A stretch of DNA of 64,000 nt, taken from the NCBI GenBank assembly GCA_028714635.1, contig JAQTLZ010000001.1, forward strand, positions 79,650 through 143,649. Reading direction: 5' to 3'. Within the stretch, counting starts at the first letter, position 1. Every line of letters starts with the position of its first letter. Made by a program: the position numbers and the translations under genes. This DNA comes from Minisyncoccota bacterium (GTDB taxonomy: Bacteria; Patescibacteriota; Minisyncoccia; Phycocordibacterales; JAQTLZ01). This document shows, one piece after another, positions 37,667 through 46,518 of this stretch. A model generated the notes under the pieces. It was not told where the DNA came from, did no database searches, and was given only the letters and a program-made list of their open reading frames with translations.

Positions 37667-39934
37667 ATGTATTTAAAATCGCTTGAGATTTCTGGCTTTA
37701 AATCTTTCGGGAAGAAAAGCACGCTGGATTTCAATTCACCGATTGCCTCTATTGTGGGTCCCAACGGCTCTGGAAAATCAAACATCGCCGAAGCGTTTCG
37801 GTTTGTTTTGGGCGAGCAGTCTATCAAATCAATGCGAGGCAAGCGCGGGGAAGACCTCATTTTTAACGGCACAAAAGAAGCCGGGCGACAGAATCGCGCT
37901 AGCGTAAAAGTGGTTTTTGATAATCGGAAACGTGTTTTGGATATTGATTTTGACGATGTTTCGATCGAGCGCGTAGTTCATCGAGATGGGGTGAATGAAT
38001 ACCTCATCAATGGTTCAGCTGTGCGCCTCAGAGATATTATTGAGATTTTAGCGAAAGCGCATATCGGCTCATCTGGCCACCACATCATTTCCCAAGGCGA
38101 AGCGGACAGGATTTTGAACGCAAATTTAAAGGAACGTCGCGAGATGGTTGAGGATGCGCTTGGACTTAAAATTTATCAATACAAACGAGCAGAAAGCGAG
38201 CGGAAACTCGAAAAGACAGAAGAAAATATTAAATCAGTTGAGTCGCTTCGCCGAGAAATCACTCCGCATCTCACTTTTTTGAAAAAGCAGGTTGAGAAGG
38301 TTGAGAAAGCGCTGGTGATGAAAGATGAGCTCACGAATCTGTATCTCGAATATTTCAAACGAGAAGATGCATATTTGAAACATGAAAAAAAGACTTTGGG
38401 AGATGCAAAGCGTGGCCCGACTGAAGCTCTCGCAAAACTCGAACGCGAGCTTGGATCTGCAAAGGCTGTACTTTCTGAATCTGGTACTAAAGACAAGAAA
38501 AGCAATGAGTTGGTATCTCTTGAAGGAAAGATCCGGATTGTCCGGGAAAATCTGGATGTTCTTTCCCGTTCGCTCGGACGACTTGAAGGAAATATTTCTG
38601 CGGAAGAAAGGCGTAGAGAGAAAGCTAAACACGCGCTTGGAAATGCTGATGAGAAATTGGTGCATCTCAAAGATGTCGAAGATTTGAGTAAAAAAATTGA
38701 TGAAACTTTGCGTGAGGCAGAGGGAAGTGAAGATCTGTCAAAGGTGCGAGGAATTTTGAAAAGTATCCGAGATATTTTCGCTCGATTTATTTCAGACAAA
38801 AAACAAGGAGGTGCGCCGAAAGAAATTGAAGATGCCGAGGCTGAATTAACACGGCTGAATTCTGAAAAGAAGGGCATCGAAGTAGAGATCGAAAAAGACA
38901 AAAAGGAAGAAGCGGGGTATCACAAAGCTTACGAAACGCTCAAAAATGACATTGAAAAGGAAAAAGATTCGAGCCGGGATGCCGAGAAAGCGATTTTCAA
39001 GATCATGGCCGAGCAGAATCAGATTCATGGGGAACTCAGCGTACTTAAGGTGCGGGAAGAACTGTATCATCATGATGAAGAAGATTTTAAGCGTGAACTT
39101 GGGGAAGCGGGGCATCTTGTGGGGCGGGCAATTGTTGAGTACGAAAATTTCAAAATAGAGGGAGAGGTGCTTGAGACTGAAAGATCTGGACAACAAGAAC
39201 GTCGAAAGAGAATTGAAAAAATTAAAGTACGTCTGGAAGACGCAGGAGGAGGCGGAGCAGATGATATTATGAAAGAATTTCGTGAAGTATCCGAGCGCGA
39301 AGCTTTTTTGACCCGTGAGCTCGAAGATCTTAAAAAGTCCTCTGCATCGCTTGAAATTCTCATTAAAGAGCTTGAACAGCGTCTTGATATTGAATTCAAA
39401 GAGGGAGTCTTAAAAATTAACAAGCAATTCCAGGAATTTTTCGCGCTTATGTTTGGAGGTGGAACGGCAGCGCTTGAGGTGGTTCGAGAAGTGAAGAGAA
39501 AGAAAGCTTTGACGGATTTAGATTTGGAAGGAATGGATGAAGTGCCAGAAGAAATGGGCGATCCTGAAGAGGAAGGAAAAGAAGGAATTGATATTTCCGT
39601 AACCCTTCCGCACAAGAAAGTGAAAGGATTGACGATGCTTTCCGGAGGCGAGCGAGCGCTTACTTCCATCGCCCTTATTTTTGCGGTCTCTCAAGTGAAT
39701 CCTCCGCCATTCATTATTCTTGACGAAACAGACGCCGCGCTCGATGAAGCAAATTCAAAAAAATACGGAGATATGATCGAAAATCTTTCGAAATATTCCC
39801 AGCTTATTCTCATCACTCACAATCGAGAGACAATGTCTCGTGCCGGAATTCTTTATGGGATCACAATGGGTTCTGACGGTATCTCAAAGCTTCTCTCTAT
39901 TGCTTTTGAAGAAGCAGCAGCTGTCGCTAAATAA
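37667..39934 (+). CDS. smc: SMC-family chromosome condensation ATPase, unusually short (755 aa) with no obvious hinge domain
   Basis: The N-terminus MYLKSLEISGFKSFGKKSTLDF...GPNGSGKSNIAEAFRFVLGEQSIKSMRG is near-identical in pattern to canonical SMC. The C-terminus LSGGERALTSIALIFA...ILDETDAALDEAN is the signature motif plus Walker B. Only ~500 aa of coiled coil lie between them. Confidence 0.7.
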   Translation: MYLKSLEISGFKSFGKKSTLDFNSPIASIVGPNGSGKSNIAEAFRFVLGEQSIKSMRGKRGEDLIFNGTKEAGRQNRASVKVVFDNRKRVLDIDFDDVSIERVVHRDGVNEYLINGSAVRLRDIIEILAKAHIGSSGHHIISQGEADRILNANLKERREMVEDALGLKIYQYKRAESERKLEKTEENIKSVESLRREITPHLTFLKKQVEKVEKALVMKDELTNLYLEYFKREDAYLKHEKKTLGDAKRGPTEALAKLERELGSAKAVLSESGTKDKKSNELVSLEGKIRIVRENLDVLSRSLGRLEGNISAEERRREKAKHALGNADEKLVHLKDVEDLSKKIDETLREAEGSEDLSKVRGILKSIRDIFARFISDKKQGGAPKEIEDAEAELTRLNSEKKGIEVEIEKDKKEEAGYHKAYETLKNDIEKEKDSSRDAEKAIFKIMAEQNQIHGELSVLKVREELYHHDEEDFKRELGEAGHLVGRAIVEYENFKIEGEVLETERSGQQERRKRIEKIKVRLEDAGGGGADDIMKEFREVSEREAFLTRELEDLKKSSASLEILIKELEQRLDIEFKEGVLKINKQFQEFFALMFGGGTAALEVVREVKRKKALTDLDLEGMDEVPEEMGDPEEEGKEGIDISVTLPHKKVKGLTMLSGGERALTSIALIFAVSQVNPPPFIILDETDAALDEANSKKYGDMIENLSKYSQLILITHNRETMSRAGILYGITMGSDGISKLLSIAFEEAAAVAK

Positions 39935-39976
39935 TACTCGCTTTTAGGCCCAAAATCGGCTAGAATCTACGCCTAA

Positions 39977-41551
39977 ATGTTTTCACCTGCTATACAAAGG
40001 CTTGTAGACGATCTTAAGCACCAGTCGGGGAAAACTGGCTCTTTCGGTGGTTCTAGCGATGCTTTTATTAAGGTCAATAAATTAACGGGAAAAGCCGGCG
40101 CTTTTTATGAAAAAGTGCGCTATTTTGTTGATTATAAAGAAGAACATACGATTCGCCGTTCTGCAATCGAAAGAATCATCAAGCGAAAAGTGATGATCGA
40201 GATCGATAATAACGTCGGTCTTTCTCTTCTCGAAGAGTTGGTTGGCGGGGGATATTTGCCGAACGATCGCGTGGGCGCGGATGTTGCAAAAGACATTCAG
40301 CGAATCTTGAATAGATTTCTTATCGTCAAAAAACATATTGGCCCAAAACTGCTTCGGAATTTGAAATTAAAAAGCCGTCTCATTAATCTCGCAGCAACCG
40401 AAATAGATCTCTTCTTGTTTCCGCGTCCCAACGACAATCTTCTTGTCGAGGCTTTTTATTCGACTGTCAAAGGCTCAATAAAATATTCAGGCGAGCTTTC
40501 CAATATGCAATTCGGCAGACAACTTTATATTGCGTGCCGTCGCCTGCTTCTTCAAGATGATGATCCGACTGTCTTTTATGCGCTTTGGCTGAAATCTGTC
40601 CCGGAATGGCCGGTTATTTCCAGTGAAGCGGATTTGCAAAAACTGAACATCGATTTTTTCGTGCTCATCAAAAATATTATCCTTGAAATCGAAGATCCTA
40701 TCCGTTTTCAGATCCAAGCGAAGCTTCGAAATCACGGGCTCTATTTTTCGGTGCTCAAAGAAATTATCGATAAATACGGCGCTGAAAGCGAGCAGGTTTT
40801 GTCCGATAAGCACCATCTTGACGGCGATATTTCTGAAGTTCTCGATAAAAAATACAAAAAAGAAAATAACCGCATCAAAAAAAGCGGGAAGCGCGCTATC
40901 GTATATGTTTTTTGCACTAAAATCATTCTGGCATTTCTCCTTGAGTTGCCGTATGAACTTTTCTACATCCACTCTGTCAATTATGTTGCATTCGTAACTA
41001 ATATTCTTTTTCACCCGTTTCTCCTCTTTCTGATGACTAGAAATATAAAACCTCTCGGTGAGAAAAATACGAAAAAAATTACCGAGGGAATTCACAAGGT
41101 CCTCTATTCGAGCGATGTGAAGAAAATGTACGTAAAACCCTCAACATCCGGCATTCTTCTCGATACGACATTTTTCTTGCTTTACGGACTTCTTTTCCTT
41201 GTAAGTTTCGGCTGTATTTTGTGGGTCCTCCTGTCTCTCGGATTCAATGTTGTCGGTATTTTACTTTTCTTAACCTTCCTTACATTTGTCAGTTATTTCG
41301 GCCTGCGTATCCGCTACAATGCAGAAAGATGGAGGATTCGGGACGAAGACGAAAAAACCCTGACTCTTCTTTGGAATGTTTTTACTTTTCCGATCGTGCG
41401 AATGGGCAGATGGCTTTCTGTGAAATTTGCTTCAGTAAATGTCTTCGTCTTTGTGATGGATTTTCTTATTGAAGTGCCGTTCAAGCTTGTGCTCGCTACG
41501 TCAGACGGGTTTCTCTCATTCTTGAAAGAAAAACGCGACGAGACGTATTAA
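39977..41551 (+). CDS. Hypothetical protein, soluble N-terminal domain (~290 aa) plus a C-terminal multi-TM domain
   Basis: 524-aa ORF 42 nt after smc. At least five hydrophobic helices in the last 230 aa. No motif recognised. Confidence 0.45.
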   Translation: MFSPAIQRLVDDLKHQSGKTGSFGGSSDAFIKVNKLTGKAGAFYEKVRYFVDYKEEHTIRRSAIERIIKRKVMIEIDNNVGLSLLEELVGGGYLPNDRVGADVAKDIQRILNRFLIVKKHIGPKLLRNLKLKSRLINLAATEIDLFLFPRPNDNLLVEAFYSTVKGSIKYSGELSNMQFGRQLYIACRRLLLQDDDPTVFYALWLKSVPEWPVISSEADLQKLNIDFFVLIKNIILEIEDPIRFQIQAKLRNHGLYFSVLKEIIDKYGAESEQVLSDKHHLDGDISEVLDKKYKKENNRIKKSGKRAIVYVFCTKIILAFLLELPYELFYIHSVNYVAFVTNILFHPFLLFLMTRNIKPLGEKNTKKITEGIHKVLYSSDVKKMYVKPSTSGILLDTTFFLLYGLLFLVSFGCILWVLLSLGFNVVGILLFLTFLTFVSYFGLRIRYNAERWRIRDEDEKTLTLLWNVFTFPIVRMGRWLSVKFASVNVFVFVMDFLIEVPFKLVLATSDGFLSFLKEKRDETY

Positions 41552-41578
41552 AAATCCCACCGGGCAAGGGTGGGTTGT

Positions 41579-41968
41579 TCAGATTCTGCCCTGAAGGCGC
41601 AGCGTCTCGAATTCTTGTTGTGTTATTTTACCTAATGTAAATAAGAGGTAATACACGCTTGACTGATTTGGTTCTGTGCAAAAATTTTCGATGAGAATAT
41701 CCACGATCTCCTGTCGCGTACTTATGATACTTCCGTGTTCTCTTTCGGACGCATGAAGACCAGAGAGGGCGAGTGAGACCATCTCGTCGAGAAGTGGCAA
41801 GGTCCGAGACATTTTCGTTCTTCGGCACTCTTTCGTAATAACCGTGATTTCTTTCCGTAGATCCTCTGCTCGGATCTGATCTCGCAGTGAAGCTGCAAGA
41901 TTTTTTCCCACAAAAGATTCCAAGTGCCGAAGAAGGCGTGGAATCTTGGCAAGTTTGCTCTTGTCCAT
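41579..41968 (-). CDS. Hypothetical protein (GC-rich, strong SD)
   Basis: 129 aa. GAGGAGGAAGGAAC lies before the ATG. About 50% GC. The ORF-track start at 42025 is an extension. Confidence 0.45.
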   Translation of the reverse strand: MDKSKLAKIPRLLRHLESFVGKNLAASLRDQIRAEDLRKEITVITKECRRTKMSRTLPLLDEMVSLALSGLHASEREHGSIISTRQEIVDILIENFCTEPNQSSVYYLLFTLGKITQQEFETLRLQGRI

Positions 41969-42031
41969 GTTCCTTCCTCCTCGGCTAGTATTAAAATCTA
42001 TCGAACACAGTGTTTCTGTCTCCACCTTACC

Positions 42032-44056
42032 TTATACAAGAGCAAAATCAAGCGTTTTCGCTTCAAGATCCGCTTTCATGACGCGGAATTTCACGCTGTC
42101 GCCCAAGCGATATTTTTTGTGTTTCTTTTCTCCGACGAGGGTGTAATTTTTCTGATCGAGTTTGTAATAGTCGTCAGTGAGATCTCGGAGGCGGATCATT
42201 CCTTCGCATCGCGTGTCTTTTTCTTCAATATAGATGCCCCATTCAGTCACGCCGGAAATAATTCCGTCAAATACTTGGCCGACTTTATCCTGCATGAATT
42301 CAACCTGCTTGTATTTGATACTTGCTCGCTCCGCTTCGGCAGCAGAAATTTCTCTCTCGGTATTTTTGGTCGCGAGGGATTGGTAGCGAGCAATTTCACC
42401 TGATTGGATCGGCTCTTTATTCAAATGCCGTGCGAGAAGGCGGTGCACCATGAGGTCGGCATATCGGCGGATCGGGGAAGTGAAGTGGGTGTAGTATTTG
42501 AAGGCCAACCCGAAATGTCCGACATTCTGGGTCGAATAGACGGCTTTTGCCATGCTTCTGATTGCTGCAGTTCTGATGAGTCCCGCCTCTGGTTTTCCTT
42601 CGATAGAAGTGAGAAGTTTTGTAAGATCTTTCGAATGAATTTCTCCATTTTTTTCTTCGAGCTCATATCCGAGCGCTTTGATAAATACTGCAAGATCTTT
42701 AATTTTTTCTGCGTTTGGCAGATCGTGAATGCGGTAGATCATCGCGGCATTTGTCTTTCCTTCCGCTTTGTATGCTTTTGAAATAAACTCTGCTACGCCT
42801 CGGTTTGCAAGAAGCATATATTCCTCGACGAGTTTGTGGGTGTCGAGCCGTTCTTTTTTATAAACTCGAATGGGCTTTCCCGTTTCATCGAGCTCGAATT
42901 TTACTTCAGTCTGCTCAAAATCAATTGCGCCAGCACTAAATTTTTCTTTCTGCATTATTTTTGCAAGACGGTTGAGTTCGATAAGTTCTTTTGCATATTC
43001 ACCGCTACCCTGATTAATTCTTTCCTGCGCTTCTTCATAGCTCCAGCGTTTGTCGGAATTTATGATCGTCTTTCCAAACCAGCTTGATTTTACTTTTGCA
43101 TTTTTGTCGATAATAAATACTGCCGAGAAAGTAAGCTTGTCTTCGCGGGGGTTTAAAGAACAAATATCATTTGAGAGAACTTCGGGAAGCATGGGAATAG
43201 TGCGGTCTACAAGGTAGACGGAAAACCCGCGCTTGACTGCTTCGCGGTCAAGCGCGGTCCCTTCTCGCACATAGTGCGAAACATCAGCAATATGCACGCC
43301 GATCTCTGCATTACCGTCTTCGAGTGGCTTGTAAGAAATCGCATCGTCGAAATCTTTCGCATCAACAGGGTCAATGGTAAAAGTGAGCGTATGGCGGAAA
43401 TCTTTTCGCTTTGCTATCTCTGCTTGCGGAATCGGCTTTTCAGTTCTCTCGATATGCTCCGCTTCAGCCTCAACTTCAGGAGGGAAGTCGGTGTCGAATC
43501 CTTTTTCGAGGACGATTGAATGCATTTCTGCATCATTGTCGCCTTTCTTGCCGATTATTTTTATAATTTTTCCTTTCGGATTTCTTTCCGGATCTGTCCA
43601 CTCGGTAATTTCTACCTGCGCTTTCATCTTATTTTTCATCCGCTTATCGGTGCCCGTGTCGGTAATATAAATATCTTTGTAAACTTTTTTGTCGTCAGGA
43701 ATAAGAAAAACAGTGTTTTTGTTGATATGAATTGTGCCGACGAAAGTATTTTTCGCTCGCTTTATAATCCGTACGACTTTTCCAGTTTGTCGTTTGCCGG
43801 GTGCGAGAGGGAACAGGCCGATTTCTACTTCGTCGTTATTGAGAGCAGTATTTAAATGTTCCGGAGCAATTTCAATATCCTCTGCACTTTCTGGGGCGCC
43901 TTGAATTTCAGCATATCCAACACCTTTTGCAGTAACAAAAATACTTCCCATGAGAAGCGGGCCTTTGATTGGAGTTTTGTCGTGATGAGACTTTGAGTGG
44001 GGTTTATCGGTCTTTTTGCCGTGTTTCTCGTGTCCGCCTTGAGTCTTTTTGTGCAT
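42032..44056 (-). CDS. rnr: Ribonuclease R / exoribonuclease II family (RNB + S1 domains)
   Basis: His/Lys-rich N-terminal tail. Cold-shock/OB region. RNB catalytic region (IDPVDAKDFDDAIS). C-terminal S1 (GIISGVTEWGIYIE...). Confidence 0.85.
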   Translation of the reverse strand: MHKKTQGGHEKHGKKTDKPHSKSHHDKTPIKGPLLMGSIFVTAKGVGYAEIQGAPESAEDIEIAPEHLNTALNNDEVEIGLFPLAPGKRQTGKVVRIIKRAKNTFVGTIHINKNTVFLIPDDKKVYKDIYITDTGTDKRMKNKMKAQVEITEWTDPERNPKGKIIKIIGKKGDNDAEMHSIVLEKGFDTDFPPEVEAEAEHIERTEKPIPQAEIAKRKDFRHTLTFTIDPVDAKDFDDAISYKPLEDGNAEIGVHIADVSHYVREGTALDREAVKRGFSVYLVDRTIPMLPEVLSNDICSLNPREDKLTFSAVFIIDKNAKVKSSWFGKTIINSDKRWSYEEAQERINQGSGEYAKELIELNRLAKIMQKEKFSAGAIDFEQTEVKFELDETGKPIRVYKKERLDTHKLVEEYMLLANRGVAEFISKAYKAEGKTNAAMIYRIHDLPNAEKIKDLAVFIKALGYELEEKNGEIHSKDLTKLLTSIEGKPEAGLIRTAAIRSMAKAVYSTQNVGHFGLAFKYYTHFTSPIRRYADLMVHRLLARHLNKEPIQSGEIARYQSLATKNTEREISAAEAERASIKYKQVEFMQDKVGQVFDGIISGVTEWGIYIEEKDTRCEGMIRLRDLTDDYYKLDQKNYTLVGEKKHKKYRLGDSVKFRVMKADLEAKTLDFALV

Positions 44057-44107
44057 TCGGCTACTATAGCAGAAAATACCTTGTTTTGTAAGGGTTTAAA
44101 GTAAATA

Positions 44108-44136
44108 TTGACATAAGTATATAAAAATGATAATAT
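44108..44136 (+). promoter_or_regulatory. Near-consensus sigma70 promoter TTGACA-17-TAATAT
   Basis: ttgaca taagtatataaaaatga taatat lies about 100 nt upstream of ATG 44239. Confidence 0.5.
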
Positions 44137-44238
44137 ACTGTTATTGTTGGATTGGAATCCAGCAGGCATCGCATCTAGTCCCGTCGGAGGCCAAAACCCC
44201 GCGGAAAAAGACGGAGCGAAAAAGAAAGGAGTAGTAGC

Positions 44239-44685
44239 ATGCAGATTCGAGTGTACCTTAAGGCGGGCGTTGCACAGAATGAAAAGTTCCGAGACGTTGC
44301 GCCAGGGAGTATTTATTGGGGAGAGAAAAACTTTCCGCTTTCCCGGGATAAATTTGGCAGGCTTTTTTTCACCATGGAATCAGGTGAGTCGATTCCCGAG
44401 GATTTTTTCGAATCGGTGGAGTTTTTCAGCCTCTCTGCCTCTTGGCTGAAAGTGGCTCATCGTTGCACAGGAGAGTACCAAGATGTTCCTGATGAGGTCG
44501 TCCATGAAGAAGGACGAGCCCGCGGTTTTCTGGATCTTCGTCCAAGTGGTAGTGGTCCAGAGTATTACCTCCGGCTTTCTACCCTCAACGGCGGCGACGA
44601 GAATGATCTCGAAAATTTGTATTGGCGAATCCGTGAAGGGAACATCGCTCCGGTTACCAGTTGGGAGGAGAGACAAAAAAAGTAG
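44239..44685 (+). CDS. Hypothetical protein (GC-rich, SD AAGGAG)
   Basis: 148 aa. AAAGGAGTAGTAGC lies before the ATG. It sits behind its own consensus promoter and a structured ~95-nt leader. Confidence 0.45.
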   Translation: MQIRVYLKAGVAQNEKFRDVAPGSIYWGEKNFPLSRDKFGRLFFTMESGESIPEDFFESVEFFSLSASWLKVAHRCTGEYQDVPDEVVHEEGRARGFLDLRPSGSGPEYYLRLSTLNGGDENDLENLYWRIREGNIAPVTSWEERQKK

Positions 44686-44792
44686 TAAGGTTGGGATACT
44701 GGCCTCGTATGGAAAAGCTTCGGCTCCTACATGCGAGGCTTTTTCATTTGCCCAAATTTGACCTTTCAGGCTCATTTTGCTACTATCTTCGG

Positions 44793-45167
44793 GTGTTAAA
44801 AATCAGATTACAGCGAGTAGGACGCAAGCATGAACCGGTTTTCCGGGTTGTTTTGACTGATTCTAAGAACTCTACCAAGAGCGGAAAGTACCTTGAAGTA
44901 CTCGGCTCTTTTGATGCTCGAAGCCATGAACGACAGACTGTGGATGCAGAGCGAGTAAAGCACTGGATTGCACAGGGCGCGGAACCAACCGACACGATGC
45001 ACAATTTCCTCATTAGCCAGAAAATCATTACCGGAAAGAAACGAAACGTACTGCCAAAGAAATCTCCTATTAAGAAAGAGGAGGCTGCGAAGGCACCAGA
45101 GGCTCCTAAGGCGGAGGCTGCTCCTGAAGCTCCAAAAGAAGAGAAAAAAGAGGAAGCAAAAGCATAA
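44793..45167 (+). CDS. rpsP: Ribosomal protein bS16 with a Lys/Ala/Pro/Glu-rich C-terminal extension
   Basis: VLKIRLQRVGRKHEPVFRVVLTDSKNSTKSGKYLEVLGSFD is canonical S16. GTG start at 44793. The upstream in-frame stretch in the ORF track (from 44661) overlaps the previous gene and is not S16-like. Confidence 0.8.
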   Translation: MLKIRLQRVGRKHEPVFRVVLTDSKNSTKSGKYLEVLGSFDARSHERQTVDAERVKHWIAQGAEPTDTMHNFLISQKIITGKKRNVLPKKSPIKKEEAAKAPEAPKAEAAPEAPKEEKKEEAKA

Positions 45168-45176
45168 TTAAATTCG

Positions 45177-45210
45177 AAAAGCCCGCGACGTTAGTCGCGG
45201 GCTTTTCCTT
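45177..45210 (+). terminator. Intrinsic terminator after rpsP
   Basis: AAAAGCCCGCGAC-GTTA-GTCGCGGGCTTTTCCTT is a perfect 9-bp GC stem. Confidence 0.75.
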
Positions 45211-45352
45211 CGCTAACATGTGTGTCGCATTAAATTTAGCTTTTGTTTTTTCTCTAAAAAGGTGTATAGTATGTTTTTAATGAGCCTCGGTATACAGAAA
45301 GTCTTCCAAAAACCAACAAAGCAAAATTCCCCAAAGAATAGTTTTCATTATT

Positions 45353-45376
45353 TCCCCTTTCAGGGGATTTTTTCTA
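45353..45376 (+). promoter_or_regulatory. Hairpin plus U-run abutting the carA start codon (attenuator-like)
   Basis: TCCCC-TTTCA-GGGGA followed by TTTTTTCT, ending 5 nt before ATG 45381. Confidence 0.4.
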
Positions 45377-45380
45377 CTTT

Positions 45381-46436
45381 ATGAAATTATTTCTTGAAGA
45401 CGGGTCATCATACGAAGGAAAAAGCTTTGGCGCACCAGTTTCGATGAACGGCGAAGTAGTTTTTAATACGAGCATGGTTGGATATGTGGAAAGTCTGACC
45501 GACCCGTCCTATGCAGGCCAAATTCTCGTCTGTACCTATCCGCTCATTGGAAATTACGGCGTACCAAGTTCTTCTTTGTTCGAATCAAAAAAAATTCAAA
45601 TTGCCGGACTTGTAGTATCGGAATATTCAGAAAATTATTCGCACCACGAAGCGAAACAATCTCTCGCAGAGTGGCTCAAAAAAGCTAAAATCCCGGCAAT
45701 TACCGGAGTCGATACGCGCGCAATCACCAAAAAACTTCGCGAACGCGGAGTGATGCTTGGTGCGCTTGCCGAAGAAGTGCCGAAAAAATTTACCGATCCG
45801 AATGAAGAAAATCTTGTCGCAAAAGTTTCCACAAAAGAGAAACAAAAATATGGCTCGGGCAAGATAAAAATCATTGCTATTGATTGCGGAATGAAAGAAA
45901 ATATCGCACGCTCTCTTGCCCGCGACGGTGTTACCGTTGTTCGCGTGCCCTGGAATTATGATTTTACGAAAGAAAAATATGACGCCCTTTTTATTTCCAA
46001 TGGTCCCGGCGATCCCGCGATGTGCACAACGACAATTGAGAATATCCAAAAGGCGATGAAAATGAAAAAGCCAATCCTCGGTATTTGTCTTGGAAACCAG
46101 CTTCTCGCCCTTGCTTCAGGCGGGAAGACGTTCAAATTAAAATATGGACATCGCTCGCAAAATCAGCCTTGCACGGACCTCCTCACAGGAAGGTGCTATA
46201 TCACTTCGCAGAATCATGGATTTGCGGTAAACGCAAAAAGTCTGCCGAAAGATTGGAAGGTGTGGTTTACCAACGCGAATGATGGAAGTGTGGAGGGTAT
46301 TATGCACAAATCTCTCCCTTTTCGAGCCGTTCAATTTCATCCGGAAGCAGCACCGGGTCCGACAGATACCGCGTGGATCTTCGATGAATTTTTAAATTCG
46401 ATCAAGATTCACCCGCCAAAGTTTTCGGGTGCATAA
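45381..46436 (+). CDS. carA: Carbamoyl-phosphate synthase small (glutamine amidotransferase) subunit
   Basis: [36 protein letters not shown] (CPSase small N-domain). [15 protein letters not shown] (GATase Cys triad). HGFAV...FHPEA. Confidence 0.9.
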   Translation: MKLFLEDGSSYEGKSFGAPVSMNGEVVFNTSMVGYVESLTDPSYAGQILVCTYPLIGNYGVPSSSLFESKKIQIAGLVVSEYSENYSHHEAKQSLAEWLKKAKIPAITGVDTRAITKKLRERGVMLGALAEEVPKKFTDPNEENLVAKVSTKEKQKYGSGKIKIIAIDCGMKENIARSLARDGVTVVRVPWNYDFTKEKYDALFISNGPGDPAMCTTTIENIQKAMKMKKPILGICLGNQLLALASGGKTFKLKYGHRSQNQPCTDLLTGRCYITSQNHGFAVNAKSLPKDWKVWFTNANDGSVEGIMHKSLPFRAVQFHPEAAPGPTDTAWIFDEFLNSIKIHPPKFSGA

Positions 46437-46518
46437 ATAAAAATCCTTAATCAATTAATCCAATTTTCTATAAAGATTTAATGTGTTACAAGTCATAGTA
46501 GAAAATTTCGGCGGGTAA

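Noticed and set aside
44661-44792. Upstream in-frame extension of rpsP
   Set aside because: It overlaps the end of the preceding gene and is not S16-like. The conserved S16 N-terminus starts at VLKIRL (GTG 44793).
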